Below are positions 48,270-61,193 of a stretch of 64,000 bases of DNA, piece by piece (the first letter of the stretch is position 1; every line of letters starts with the position of its first letter). Source of the DNA: Phyllosticta citribraziliensis (taxonomy: Eukaryota); assembly GCF_038025025.1 (NCBI RefSeq), contig NW_027117343.1:1798001-1862000 (forward strand), in the 5' to 3' direction. A program made the position numbers and the translations under genes. The notes under the pieces are model-generated. The model did no database searches. It had not been told where the DNA came from and saw only the letters and a program-made list of their open reading frames with translations.

Positions 48270-49065
48270 CCACGGAACCAAGGTCAACTGAGCTGATGGC
48301 ACGGCGGACTTCCATCGACGACACCCAGACTCCTCCGCCTGAAGGCCGCACCTCGGGAGGTCCATGGTCCAATTTGTTTTGGCGTTGCTTGTTTGACTGC
48401 TTCTCGTCATGTTTCTCTTTCGTCCTTTGTCCAGGTCTGTCCAGGAGCTCCGCAGTTTGTTGTCTCATCTCTTCCGCTGCTATCCTGCTCGTCTTCTAAA
48501 TCTACACCTGTTTGTTTGTTCGTTTAACATCCAGACTCCCCTTCCATCCAGCATCCATCTCCTCTCCGCAAACCACCGCACTCATGTACCCCCCACGACG
48601 CTCACCTCCCGTTTGTTTTCCCCGCTACCTCTCTTCCGATCTGTTCTCCAGGGCGCTTCTTTCACACCATCTCATCTAGGTCAGAGCTGCCTGGTACCTA
48701 AAAAAGCTCGGGCGGGCGGGTACACCCAAGTCTGGCACGGCACGCACGCACGCACGTCGGCCAGCCTTGGGGGCTCTACTGTCTCCTTTCTCCTTTCGTT
48801 TTCTTTCTGTTCAACAAGTCAACGCAGCTAGTGAGAAAATAGAAATCTTCTACTTTTGATTTCAGTGTCTGATGTCTCCTCTTTGATGTTTGACATGTAC
48901 AAGTACACAGTAGCGCCAATCTCGGCATCAACACCAATTCCATCTCCTTATGATGAGGCCGAAGGGAAGAAGCTGTGGATGGTTTGTATATTTGTATGTC
49001 TGTGATGTAGTTGACCGCTTCGACGAGCAGCGAAGTGGCTCGGTCTTGTGCTGTCACCCACGCAC

Positions 49066-52000
49066 CTACATAACGCCCAACCGGCCAAAAGCCGCCACAA
49101 CATCCTTATCCACATTGACGAGCCACTCATCCCGAAACCGCTCCTCGCCGCCGCAGCCCAGGACAACGCGGCCCAGCGTCTCGCGCACGCACGCCACCAG
49201 ATTAACCCTATGCACGGGATCGCTGTAGATGAGGTCGCGGCGGCGCGCGTCGTCGGGGGCCTCGGGCGCGGCGAGCAGCGGCGGCTCCTGCTCCCAGACG
49301 AGGCAGTCGACGGACGTGTCGACGTTGCCGTCGGTCAGCTCGACGTGCAGCGCCGTCCACAGCGCCATCAGGTCCTGCAGGCGCAGCAGCATCCACTCGT
49401 CGCGCGCGGCGTCCAGCAGCGCCGTCAGCGCCAGGCACATGAGCTTCTTGTTCGTCGGGCTGGCGACGTTGTCCATGTGGTCGAACCACTCGGTCAGCAG
49501 CCAGCCCATGCGCTGCGGCAGCGGCTCTTCGGGCTGCACCGACGCCAGCGCGCCGAGGAGAATGCGCGGCGACGCGAGGGCCAGACGTGCTAGCACTGCG
49601 AAGTAGTCCGTCTCGACGATGCCGTCGACGGCTGAGGCGCGCGCGTTCGGCCCTGTCGTCTGGTGCGCTTCCCACGCCCCCTTGAGCCCGTCGAGCAGCT
49701 TGGCCAGGAAGTCGGTCCGCAGCATGTCGCCCGTTAGCACTTCGACGGCGGCTTCGCCGCCCAGCAGTTGCGCGGTGCGCACGAAGACTTCGACGAGGTG
49801 CGTGACGAGGCCGTTGTTTTCGGGGCGGAGAGAGCCGAGGAGGGATGCTGTGGCAAGTCAGTCAGTCAGTCAGTCTGCGGACGGGCGGTTGTCAGGTGGA
49901 TGCTTACACAGCGAGGTGAGCAGCGAGGTGCGCATTTCGTCAGAGCACATCTCCGTCGGCGCGAGCAGGAGATACGTCTCGGCAATCTCGAGCGTCTTGC
50001 GCAGACTGTCGGTGCCGAGTTCGAGCGACGGAATGAGGTACGGGGCCAGCGAAAGGACGTCTTGAGATGCCGGCGCAGGGGTTTGGACGAGCACGGCGTG
50101 CCACAGGTCCAATGCATCCTCGAGGAGGTACACCTGCGTGTCGGATCCGGGCTCGAGGGTGTTGCGGATGATGGGGATGACCATGGAGTGGTAGGGGATG
50201 GACTCGGCCTTCATGGCGTTGATCAGGCGGGCGAAGATGGTGAGGATGGCTTGCTTCATCAGATGCTGCTCCCCCGACTGGTCCCACAGCGGCGGCAGTA
50301 GACTGACAATGCTGTTTGCGTATGGTGTGATCTGCCATGGTCAGCGCGAATATCGCAAAATGAGATGCAGACATACATGGTGTTCAAGCCTCTCCACAAT
50401 GACACTGATGGTGTTCAGCAGCGCCATCTTGGTCTCGGTGAGCTCGACTTCTCCAATCAAGGCCATCAAATGACCCAAAGTGTCGGGGGCATATGGGAGG
50501 AACGCCTCGATGCTGAATTCCCAGTCATCGGCAATGTTCTTGAGTTGACGCCCAGCCGTGACTCTGACGACGTGGTCGTTCAGCGGGTCGTTCTTGTTCA
50601 GCAGGTGCTGGAAGATTTGGTAGACGAGCGGCTTGCTTTCTGCAGACACCTTGATTGTGATCCACTGTCCAAGCAAGATTGCAATGCGGCGACGCAAAAC
50701 GCTGAATCCGGGCTTTTGCTTCTGTACCTCCTGGACCAAGGTCGAGCCGATGAAGGAATCAAAGTCCAGCTGGTGATGAAGAACGGGCGCCGCCAGGCCA
50801 ACGGCAGTGTAGACAGAGTCCTTGAAGAGAATGTTCTCATTGTCAGGCGAGGCGACCGAGTAAAACACTCCAAGCAGAGGCTGTACTAGGAGGTCTTTGA
50901 AGTTGATGGCTAGGTCAAGGAAGAGCTTTTCAGCACAGGAACGGACTGAAAACTCAAAGTCGTCGCCCTCCATGTCCTCGCGCCTTTCCCATTCGTCGGG
51001 CTCTTCCTCCCACTGCCGCAGATCGCTTGGGCGAAAGACAAAGTAGCGGGTGACGACAGTCTCCATCATCTCCTTGACAAAGTTTTCGCCCAGGAGCTGC
51101 TGCTTGACAATTTCTTTTGCCTGCGCTTGCTGCAGACACTCAGTATAGTCCCACGCATAGAGAGTGGACACGTACCTCTGACTTTTCTTGGTCATGTCGA
51201 TACTTGAAAGTTTGATTGGGATTGAAGACCATCTTGAGACAGGCGCGGATCAACAACAGACCTTTCAAGCTGAGCCTCTCCAGAATCGACTTTCCCTCAT
51301 CATCTGCGTCACCGTCGGTTCCAATCTGAGCATCTCCAGATGGCGACTTGGCACCAAAGGCCTCGCCAAACTGCAGGACCAGGCCCCAGTACGCCTTGGT
51401 GATGTCCATGGAATCAGGAAGCAGTACAAATGCAGCAGGGTGCGCCTTTGCAGTCTCCAAATGGAGCTTCGACAGCTGCATGAGGTGCTTTTCCAAGAGA
51501 TCACGCACGGGTTGCGCCAGGGGGTTTGGCTCTTGCGTCGCCAGAGCAAGAAACTGGCCCAGCTGGTCGCGGACCACGAACCAGAATTCTTGCACATCTT
51601 TCTCTCGGTTGGGAAAGTCAAAGCCAGCCACCAGGACGCGACGCAGAATCTTTATTGCGAGCAAGCTCTGCTCAATGTTCTCGAGCGCCCCACCTTCGTC
51701 GTCTCCTCCCTGCTGAAGGAAGCTTTGCCACTGCCGAACCTTGTCGACATAGATGTGGCCAAGGGTGCGGAATATCTCGGGTGCTATCGACTGGAGGTTT
51801 GAACGCATCCGGATTGTGCGACCAGTGGCGAGCTCTTTGATGACGTGGAGGAGGACAAGAAGGATGCGGTGCAAGTAGAGGGGATTAGCGCCGGGGGCGA
51901 CAGAGTTGCGCAATAGGTCCAGCAGCTGGTTGACCACATCAGGCCAGTCGTTGGGAAACTCGAACCTGACAATCTTGGAAATGACCAACGCATTTTGCAG

Positions 52001-52728
52001 GGCGAGTCGTTGGTCGGCTTCGTTGGCAGCGGTCTCGAGAAGTCTTGAGCGAATGACGGTTTTGTCTTCTTTGCTGACGGCACTGTTTTCGGTTTAGCAA
52101 CTTGAAGTCGGTGGAGGACGAGATGCGTACTTGGTGGCAGTCTTGCGCCAATACTTGTCTATGCCATTCTTGAGCTGGATAATTGCAAGATAGCGGACTT
52201 CAAAGGGAAGAGACCTGTCGATGAAAACTGTCTGACACGCATCTTAGTGTATGATCTTTGAGAGAAGAGGCATTTATTGCTGTCGACCTGGCCAATTTCG
52301 TGCAAACTCTATGATCTGGAGCTTGGTTGTGAGAGCACCAGCGTTGCATTTGATTTTTCCTGGGTTGCACAAGTACGATTCGCGTCACTCAACCTTGACA
52401 GTAAACGCATGTGGCTCATGACGAACTTTCAAGTATCTGGGCCACGCTTGAGCGAATCGACCACGACTCCAAGCTTCATGTCTGCATGGAAGAGACCCAG
52501 GGGCTATTCGGTGAGGAAAAGAATTCCCAAGACGAAGCAAGAAATTGGGCAAGGTTGGCCTACCTGTAGCAAAGGGTAAAATCCTCTCTCCTTCTCCCAC
52601 TGCTGCAGCTGCTTGGTGCCCGTCTGGATTTGGTGAGGGTCGCTGGAGGCGGCGGAGCGAAGCACGTGGAAGAGGATGTTTTCGGTGAGAGGATTAGTTT
52701 CGGCAGGAAGCTCGACACTGCCTTGCAT
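49066..52728 (-). CDS. Importin-11 / karyopherin Kap120-like, multi-exon
   Basis: IBN_N region (TGTKQLQQWE, RYLAIIQLKNGIDKYWRK), ISKIVRFEFPNDWP, WEEEPDEWE, LRRRIAILLGQW, C-terminal DPVHRVNL; several GT-AG introns. Confidence 0.9.
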
Positions 52729-52961
52729 GTTGGGCGACTAGTTCAGGGCGACATGGGCTGGAGCAACAGTTGTCAGCGCGGTGTGTTGGTGATGCAGCTG
52801 GCGAGAGATGGACAAGACAGGCATCTGATGAAGCAGAACCCAAGTCGCGACTCACGCGTCGGCAGCTAGCTCTCCTGGGACTAGCGCGCTGATGATGTAA
52901 TGGCGGCGGGGGAAAGTCGGCGGGAAATAATTCAGCACCCATCAATCAAAACAACAACAAC

Positions 52962-53908
52962 ATGGACGATGAGCGCTTCATACACGGCGCCAATCTTGGT
53001 GCGCCAAACTTCATTACTGAGCTCGAGGCTCAAAGTCTATGGCCACATGCCGCCGACAAGGTGGCCGTCCGCAACCTGAGCCTGGTTGCCAACGCCGGCT
53101 TTGACATTTGGGGCAGGAAAAAGGAGCAGCCCTTGCAAATCTCAGTCACTTTGGCCATCAGGGCGCCATTCAAGACTGCCGCCAGTAGCGACAAGGTTGA
53201 TTCCAGCACGGTCCACTACGGAACCCTCAGCAAGAATGTTCTACGCGCCGTTTCTACCGCCTCGAGCAAGAACTGGCTAGACGAGTGGACACTTGGCTCC
53301 GTCATTAGTGCCGCCATTCTTGAAACGGCACCGAAGAAGAACGAGGCGCTGGAAGCAAGTGCCATTGACGTTCACTTTCCCAAGGGTAGCACGCTGGGTG
53401 CTGGTGCAGGCGTGAGCTGGAAAATCTTCTACCGCTCGCCGGAACAAGTTGACGACAGGAGGACAATCGTCAAACTTGCGCCCTGTCTGTACCTGCGCGA
53501 CGTCCGTGTTCCCACCTTGATCGGAGTCAACAGCAACGAGCGTGAGAAGAAGCAGGTAGTCGTGCTCAATGTCTGGGTAGACAACTTTGCGATTGACTTG
53601 CTCGATGAATACTACGACATGGAGTCTTGGCTCGTGGAGGTGAGAGTGTGCGCCCAAAATTCGATGAAGAACTGCTGATCATGGCGTAGCTCATGGAGAA
53701 GAGCTCGTTCGAGACGCTGGAGGCGTTGGCGGAGCAGCTGGCTTTGAAATGCCTTTCTGGATTCGACGCACCCCTGCCAAACCCTCAAGCAGGGTACCCA
53801 AGCGTGCGTATCCGTTTGGAGAAGCCTTCAGCTGTGCCTCTGGCGGATGCGCCCATGATTGAGATTTCCAGGACTTGGGGATATTGGGCAACGGCTGAAT
53901 CCCAGTAG
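52962..53908 (+). CDS. Stand-alone tandem FolB (dihydroneopterin aldolase-like) domain protein; intron 53640-53689
   Basis: DKVAVRNL..GFDIWGRKKEQP..STVHYG and a second domain LIGVNSNERE..SSFETLEALA..IRLEKPSA. Head-to-head with importin-11 (~230 bp). Confidence 0.78.
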
Positions 53909-55135
53909 GGCTTGCGGACGAGGGATCCCAATCTCTTTTATTTTGTTCTTCTCGACCGCCATATTGTTGAAGGCTGTAGACTCGATTGGAGATTCAAGAA
54001 AGATAAGGAGCAATTTCGACCAAGACAATGGCGCAGTTGTGATGTTCAACAAGCGAAGCCACGCAAGCAAAAGATGGCCCGAAGCGGAGGCGAGGCGACG
54101 AAAAGGGCGACAAGGCCGGTTTCCTGGGCAGCGGGTGGCAGCAGGCATGGAGGGAAGGCTTTCAGGTCGTGTCTGCAAGGATGTAAATACATATGTAGGT
54201 GGCGGCAGGCGTTGCAGGTACGGTAGTGTTCTGTAGATAAAATGGCCGACGAGGGGCACAACATCAGCTGGTGGTCGCGAGTCGGGCGCAACATGAAGCG
54301 TGAGATGGCGATCTCCCGCGCATCAGACTCGACACCCCCACGTGTGAGGGCCGCGGCGAATGACAGACGTCTCGGTCCAACAATTTCGGGGCGCACGGCG
54401 GCTTGCATCCAACGCTGTCGACGAGAAACGTCTACTTGCGACGAGCATCCCAGGCGACAGGGGCCAAGGGGGAGGGGATCAGCAGTTTGCCGCCGCCGAC
54501 GCGCGCTCGAGTTGCCACTGCAGAGAGGGCACAAGAAACGGCTGCGTTGCGTGACGGTTGGGTTGCAGGCGGCCCGGGTCATGAATCTGCAGTGCCGTAA
54601 CGGTCGCTCAACAATTGATGTAGTTGACGGCAGTCGGTAATTGGCAGTGGTGGAGCATTCGGCGCGTGAATGGAGGCCGCACGCCAAAATTAGCCATCCC
54701 TGGCCTGGTCAGTTCGGTTCGTGTGGTGTGGTGTGGGCGTGGGCGGTCGGCGAGACGACGCAGTGACAACCGGCCACGACTTTCCTCCGCTGTCAGTGTC
54801 CAGGCCACAGGACAGGCGCAGGCGCAGGAGCTTTGGCCACCGCGGAGCTCTCCCCTCCACCCACCCACCACGTACATCTTAAGGCCCTCTGCCATCTTCC
54901 CTCATCTTCTCTCCCTCCCTCCTGCCTTCATCTCTCTCCTCCAACACACTCCACCCATCACCCTCAGAGACCGACGTCCAACTCCTCGGCTCGGCCTCAT
55001 TGACCCATCACCGCTCGCTCAATGTAAGTCGACGCCGCGCCTTGGCTCCGTGACTGACCATTCCAAACCACCCCCTTATTGACTTTTCTGCCCCTCTGTT
55101 TGCAGTTCACTTCATTGCATCCCACCTTCATCAAC

Positions 55136-57394
55136 ATGGCCTCGCGCATCATCCCCGATCGCCTCAAGCCCTCCACCAACGACGGTGACGCCGACGGCTT
55201 CTCGAGGCACCATGGCAAGACCCAGTCTCACATGGTAAGCCAACTTTTTTCCCCTCGCCATGTTGCCCGCCAGCGGCGTGCCACTCGCCGCTCTTGAACA
55301 CAATGTCACTCCACGCTTGACGCCGACGCCGTGCGACTTGCATTGGCCGCTCAAAACCCGTCGAACCCTTCGCAAACGACCTCGCCTGCGAGTAAACATC
55401 CGCCGCCTCACCCACCCCACTCCTCGGCCGCCACCCCTCAACACCACCGTCGATCATGACAGCACGAGCCATAAACACATGCGACACCGCCTTGCCCCCC
55501 GTCCACCGCCACCTCGAGTGCGCTGGCTTGGGGCTTGGGCCACGGACACGCACCATGGGAGCAACTGTCGGAAACACCTGATGGGCCCCGATCATGGCAC
55601 GTCGACGACTCCATCCAGATCATCGTCGCCATGCCGTCTGACGAGGCCACTCTCGGCGCGGGACCAGCTGTTTGGCCCCACACTCTACGTGGAAACCTGT
55701 AACAGCCCCTTATCCCTGGTGCTTCAGTCCCGCCCACCGGCCCGTCCCATGCTCTCGCCGCCCAATGTGGCTGCCACCTCAAATACCGGCTTCGACTCTG
55801 GACCTCACTTGACAAGCTCGTGGCACGCTGCTGGCACCATGGCGCAAACCTACGTCAATGGCAATACTAACGGTGACCAGGCCTTTGAGAACACCTCCAC
55901 CTCTGTCGCCGCCTCGCAGATGCGCAATGCGCTTAACCAGCTCGTCGACACCGTCCAGGACCCTGCTGAGAAGCAGGTAAGCACGCTTCACCTCTCATAC
56001 AATGCCTCAATGCTAACTCCCAACAGAGGTTCGAGACGGAAATGGACAACTTCTTCGCCCTCTTCCGCCGCTACCTGAACGACAAGGCCAAGGGCAACGC
56101 CATTGAGTGGTCCCGCATCGCTCCTCCCAAGCCCGAGCAGGTCGTCGACTACCACGACCTCGCCGACACCCAGTCCCAGGAGTACCTGAAGAAGCTTGCC
56201 GTCGTCAAGCTCAACGGTGGTCTTGGTACCTCCATGGGCTGCGTTGGCCCCAAGTCCGTCATTGAGGTCCGCGACGGCATGTCCTTCCTCGACCTGTCGG
56301 TCCGTCAGATCGAGTACCTCAACCGCACCTACGATGTCAACGTTCCCTTTGTCCTCATGAACTCGTTCAACACAGACGCCGACACGGCCAACATCATCAA
56401 GAAGTACGAGGGCCACAACATTGACATCATGACCTTCAACCAGTCCAAGTACCCCCGTGTGCTCAAGGACTCTCTTCTCCCCGCGCCCAAGAGCGCCTCG
56501 TCGCAGATCTCCGACTGGTACCCCCCTGGTCACGGTGACGTTTTCGAGTCCATGTACAACTCTGGCATCCTCGACAAGCTCATCGACCGCGGCATCGAGT
56601 ACATCTTCCTCTCCAACGCCGACAACTTGGGCGCCGTCGTCGACCTCCGCATCCTCCAGCACATGACTGACACCAAGTCGGAGTACATCATGGAGCTGAC
56701 GGACAAGACCAAGGCCGACGTCAAGGGTGGTACCATCATCGACTACGAGGGCTCGGTCCGTCTTCTCGAAATCGCCCAGGTCCCCAAGGAGCACGTCAAC
56801 GAGTTCAAGTCGATCAAGAAGTTCAAGTACTTCAACACCAACAACATCTGGCTCAGCCTCAATGCCGTCAAGCGCGTTGTCGAGAACAACGAGCTGGCCA
56901 TGGAAATCATCCCCAACGAGAAGAGCATCCCGGCCGACAAGAAGGGCGAGGCCGACCTTTCGGTCATCCAGCTCGAGACGGCCGTCGGTGCCGCCATCCG
57001 CCACTTCAACAACGCGCACGGTGTCAACGTGCCCCGCAGGCGCTTCTTGCCCGTCAAGACTTGCTCCGACCTCATGCTCGTCAAGTCTGACCTCTACACG
57101 CTGCAGCACGGCCAGCTCGTCATGGACCCCAACCGCTTCGGTCCTGCTCCTCTCATCAAGCTCGGCTCCGACTTCAAGAAGGTGTCGAGCTTCCAGTCGC
57201 GCATCCCGTCGATCCCCAAGATCCGCGAGCTGGACCACCTCACCATCACGGGAGCGGTCAACATTGGCCGCGGTGTCACGCTCAAGGGCACGGTCATCAT
57301 TGTGGCGACCGAGGGCCAGACGATCGACATTCCTCCGGGATCCATCCTGGAGAACGTCGTCGTGCAGGGCAGCCTGAGGCTGCTCGAGCACTAA
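55136..57394 (+). CDS. UGP1: UTP-glucose-1-phosphate uridylyltransferase; exons 55136-55233, 55881-55976, 56028-57394
   Basis: [72 protein letters not shown]-terminal GSLRLLEH. Confidence 0.97.
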
Positions 57395-58162
57395 GGGGAA
57401 GGCGAGGCGAAGACGGCGGGGAAGGGGGGTGGCCGGTGAGGCGGTCAACAAAACGTGTTAGAATATTCAAGGGCAGACGGCAGATGCATGGAATGAGCTC
57501 GCTACAGGTCTGCAAGACAGGACGGGGGCCATGGAACGGCGCAGCTAGTGCTATGTAATAGAACGGAGCAATGGACGATGATTGGGCTTTTCTAGCCGGG
57601 CGCATGCGGTGCGATGCAGCACTACCGTCTCTAACAGGGACGATTATGTGAGTTGCGGCAGTGATGTCAGCGGTAGAGGCACGAACAGGGAGAGACGGGG
57701 TCGGGACGACGCTGAGGCTGAGTTGGCGGGAGAGCGATCGGTGATGGGGGGGGGAGTATATCGAGGGCTGTTTCAGCTTCACCGGGACTGGGAGTGATGG
57801 GTTTTTATTGTCGGGCTTCAGGCTGAGTTCGCTGAGGGAGATCCGGTCTGGGTCTGGGTCTGGGTCTGGATGACAAGACTTGTACTGTACGAGGCATTGA
57901 GCCTGGCTGGCTGCTGATCACCCGAACCAACCACCACGGCCCAAGTCGACGCTCAGGTCGCTCACCTCCGTCTGCCAACCCGCGCCGCCGCCGCCGCTGC
58001 TGCTGCGCTGCTCTGCTGCTCTGCTCTGATCGGCTGCCAGCGTCTCCCGCCCTCGGCCCTCATCCTCCTCCCCTCCTCCCTCTCCTCCTCTCTCTCCAGA
58101 TTTCTCCTGGCCCTCTGGCCTCCCTGCATGCTGCCAGCCGTCGCATCACCGCCCGAGCCGGC

Positions 58163-60537
58163 ATGGCAGAGACGACTGGCACCGCGAAGCCCGAATCGCC
58201 CTCTTCCGACGCCCACCAGTTCTGGGGCTACCTCTTCAAGCCCAACAAGTGCGGCACCGACCTGCTCAACCGCCTGCTGGCCGGCATCGCCAACTACGTG
58301 GTACGCTCCGCTCACCGTCGCATCGCATCACGGCCGTCTCCACTGACCTCCGCTTCCCCACACAGGCCTCCAACTTCGGCCCCGCCGAGGACTGCACAGA
58401 CATCACCCCCACACAGCTCGCTGCCTTTTACAAGGCCGTCGGCGGCGACTACGACATCCTCTTCCTCGACACGCCCGCCTCCTCCATCGGCTTCATCTAC
58501 AAGTCTCTCGGTTGTCTGCACTCGCTCCAGCCGGCCCCGGACTCGGACGGCTACGCAATACCCTCTATACCCGCGCTGAAGCCAAAGGGATTCGTGACAT
58601 GGCAGACCATCCAGCTGCTGCTCGGTCCAGACGAGCACGTTCCCTTTCTGCAGAACGCCGTCGCCCAGTTTGACATTGTCGACCCGGCCACGTCCAAGAT
58701 TTTTCCCAAGCTGCTGCCAAAGGAGGCCTTTCCGGAGAAGCCCGATGATGACATGCTCACATGGTACGAGAACGTGTCCAAGCGCTTGCGCCAGGAAGCC
58801 GAAAAGGCTGCCAAAGCCGTTGAGCCACCCAAGCCTGGCGTGGCCAGCCCGCGCATCGAAATCGTCGACAGTGACGGCGAAGAAGAGCTTCCCCCGGAAG
58901 ACCGCACCCATGCCGCCGCCGCCGCGTACTTTCGCAATCCCCTGTATCGCAATCGCGAGGGCCGTCCCACCATTATCCGCCGCTACACGCGTGTTCCCGA
59001 TTACAAGACGCGGACGCCACGTGAGATTGTGCAGGACCGCGGCCGTGTAGTCGCCAATACCTTGAGCAAGCACTTTTGGACACCCTGGGGAAAGAGGGAA
59101 GACCCGCGACGTAGAAGCCCCGTGGCCCATCGTCGCAGCACCTCGCCAGTCTCCGAGGATGCAGCTGGAGAGTTTGATGATGATGACGACGATCTGGATC
59201 CTACGCCTACTCCTCATCGCCATGCTCACCTTCACCCACACCACGGTGGCCACTCGCGGCAGCCGTCGAGCCCTCCGCCGCCAAAGCAACCGCCACGGCC
59301 ACGGCCGCAGGCATACAGACGCGCCAGCAGCCGTTCTGCACGTAGTCTGCCGTCTTCCGAGTCTGAAGACGATGGTCCGCAAATGGCATACACGCGCCCT
59401 CGTCCGGCGCGCACTCACTCGCAAGCGTACAATCCAAATGTTCCCCTCCGCCATCGTCGATCGCATTCGCCCCCAGGCTCGCCCCGAGAGTATTTTCCGC
59501 CGTTCCACGAGTACACGCAACACGCGCAGCATAGCAGGCGTCACAGCGATAAAGAAAAGCAAAATTCAACGCATCACCATACGACAAAAGTTCACAGCCC
59601 TCATAGACACGCCACTTCCGATCCCTCACGGCCACCGAAAGATGTGAGGGAGAGATACGTTGAACGCGACTGGGCCCACGAGGCCCAAAACTCCCCCAAA
59701 CGAGATCGCGAGCCGGCAGACTCTCCCATGGCTGGCTCTGCGCGCCCCAGTCCGCGCGAGTCTTATATGCCAGCTCCATCAAACGTGCCCTCGGCGAGCA
59801 ACAGCGCGCCCCCAACGCCTCCTCCCATCAAAACCTTTTCCGGCACCAACCTCAGCGAGCTCGCTGGCGGTGGTCACGGTCCCGGCCAGCGCACTTCTGG
59901 CCACGGAGCCCACCGCCGCAATCAAACCCACGCCCCCGGCGCGTCCATGATGACGCCGCAGAATTCATCACCTAATTCAGGCCAGCTGCCCCCTGGCTTC
60001 CGCCCGACTAACGGCCCCCTGTTCGCCACTCAAGTCGCGCACATGCACCCCACCGCGCCCATCACGCCCGCCGCAGCAGGCAACGCGCAGCCCGGCGTCG
60101 ACCCGCGCGTCCCGGCCTCTGCGACCCCCTCCGCCGTCCCCCAAGGCTACTACAGCCCGCACGCCCCCGGGGGAGGCGCGCAACAACCGCAGCACCATGG
60201 CGGCGGCGGTGGTGGCGGCGGCGCCCGCCGTCCCAGCTACCCGCCGCGCGCCGAGCGCAACACCATGGCCGGCCCGCCGCCCAGCCGCGGCCAGAGCCTG
60301 CGCTTCGCCGCCGGGCCCCCCGGCAGCGCCGGCAGTCCGTGGGGCAGTCGCAACAGCAGCGTCGAGCGCGGCGGAGGTGGCCGCGAGCGCGAACGCGAGC
60401 GCGATCGCCTCGCTGCGGCTGCGGCTGCTCAGCCGCACCGGTACGTCCCGCCGGGCGTCGTGGTTGGTGATGGAGGTGGTGGTGGTGGCGGCGGGGGGAT
60501 ACGGCGGGGTGGCTATGCCGGGGATGGGTGGTATTGA
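58163..60537 (+). CDS. Conserved fungal hypothetical protein with an N-terminal globular domain (DUF7514-like) and a long P/R/G-rich disordered tail; intron 58301-58365
   Basis: FWGYLF..LLNRLLAGIANYV|..ITPTQLAAFYKAVGGDYD..IYKSLGCLHSLQP..PSIPALKPKGFVTWQTIQLLLGPDEHVPFLQ. Confidence 0.75.
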
Positions 60538-61193
60538 TTGAATGAGTGAGGGCTTTGGTTTCGTTTTATGTCGTGTCTTCTCGCCTCTTCTCGCCTCTTC
60601 TTTTTCTGTTTTCAGCTCGAGCTCGAGCCTCTCTTCTCCGTGAGCGCTTTGCTTTTGCTTTTGTTGCGTGCGTGCGTGTGTGGACTGGCGGGTGGTTTTG
60701 GTTTCGGCCAGTCTCATGGACTGGATCGGATGTGCGTAGCGTGTCTATCCAGTCGAGCCGTCGTCGTGCCGTCGTCTATCCAATCGTCTGTCATGTCGTC
60801 ATGCTATGACTTGCCATGCCATGGGCATACGCGGAGATTCTAGGTAGTGAACCATATACTCTTCCTCCTCTTCCACCAACACCTCCCTCCTCTTTCTCCT
60901 CGTCGTCATTGTTGTCCTCGACGTTAAGGTATGATTGGTGTCGTTGCAGTGTTGTGTCGTTGATGTGCGGCTCTTGCTTTAGTGATGATAAACTGCGGAT
61001 GTGAAAGGACGTCGCGCTGTGCGGTGCGGGGGCGAGAGAGAGGGCAGAAGTAGAGAAGGGGAGGGAGACAGTCACATCGAATCTTGCCGCCATGACCAGT
61101 GGGCCACCAGTAATGTCCCATCATTCTCCTGGGGCGGTGGGCGCGCTGTGCCGTGTCGCAGAAGAATCATCGGGGAAGTAGAAGGGCGGGCGG

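Noticed and set aside
55988..57451. 487-aa minus-strand ORF
   Set aside because: Shadow of the highly codon-biased UGP1.
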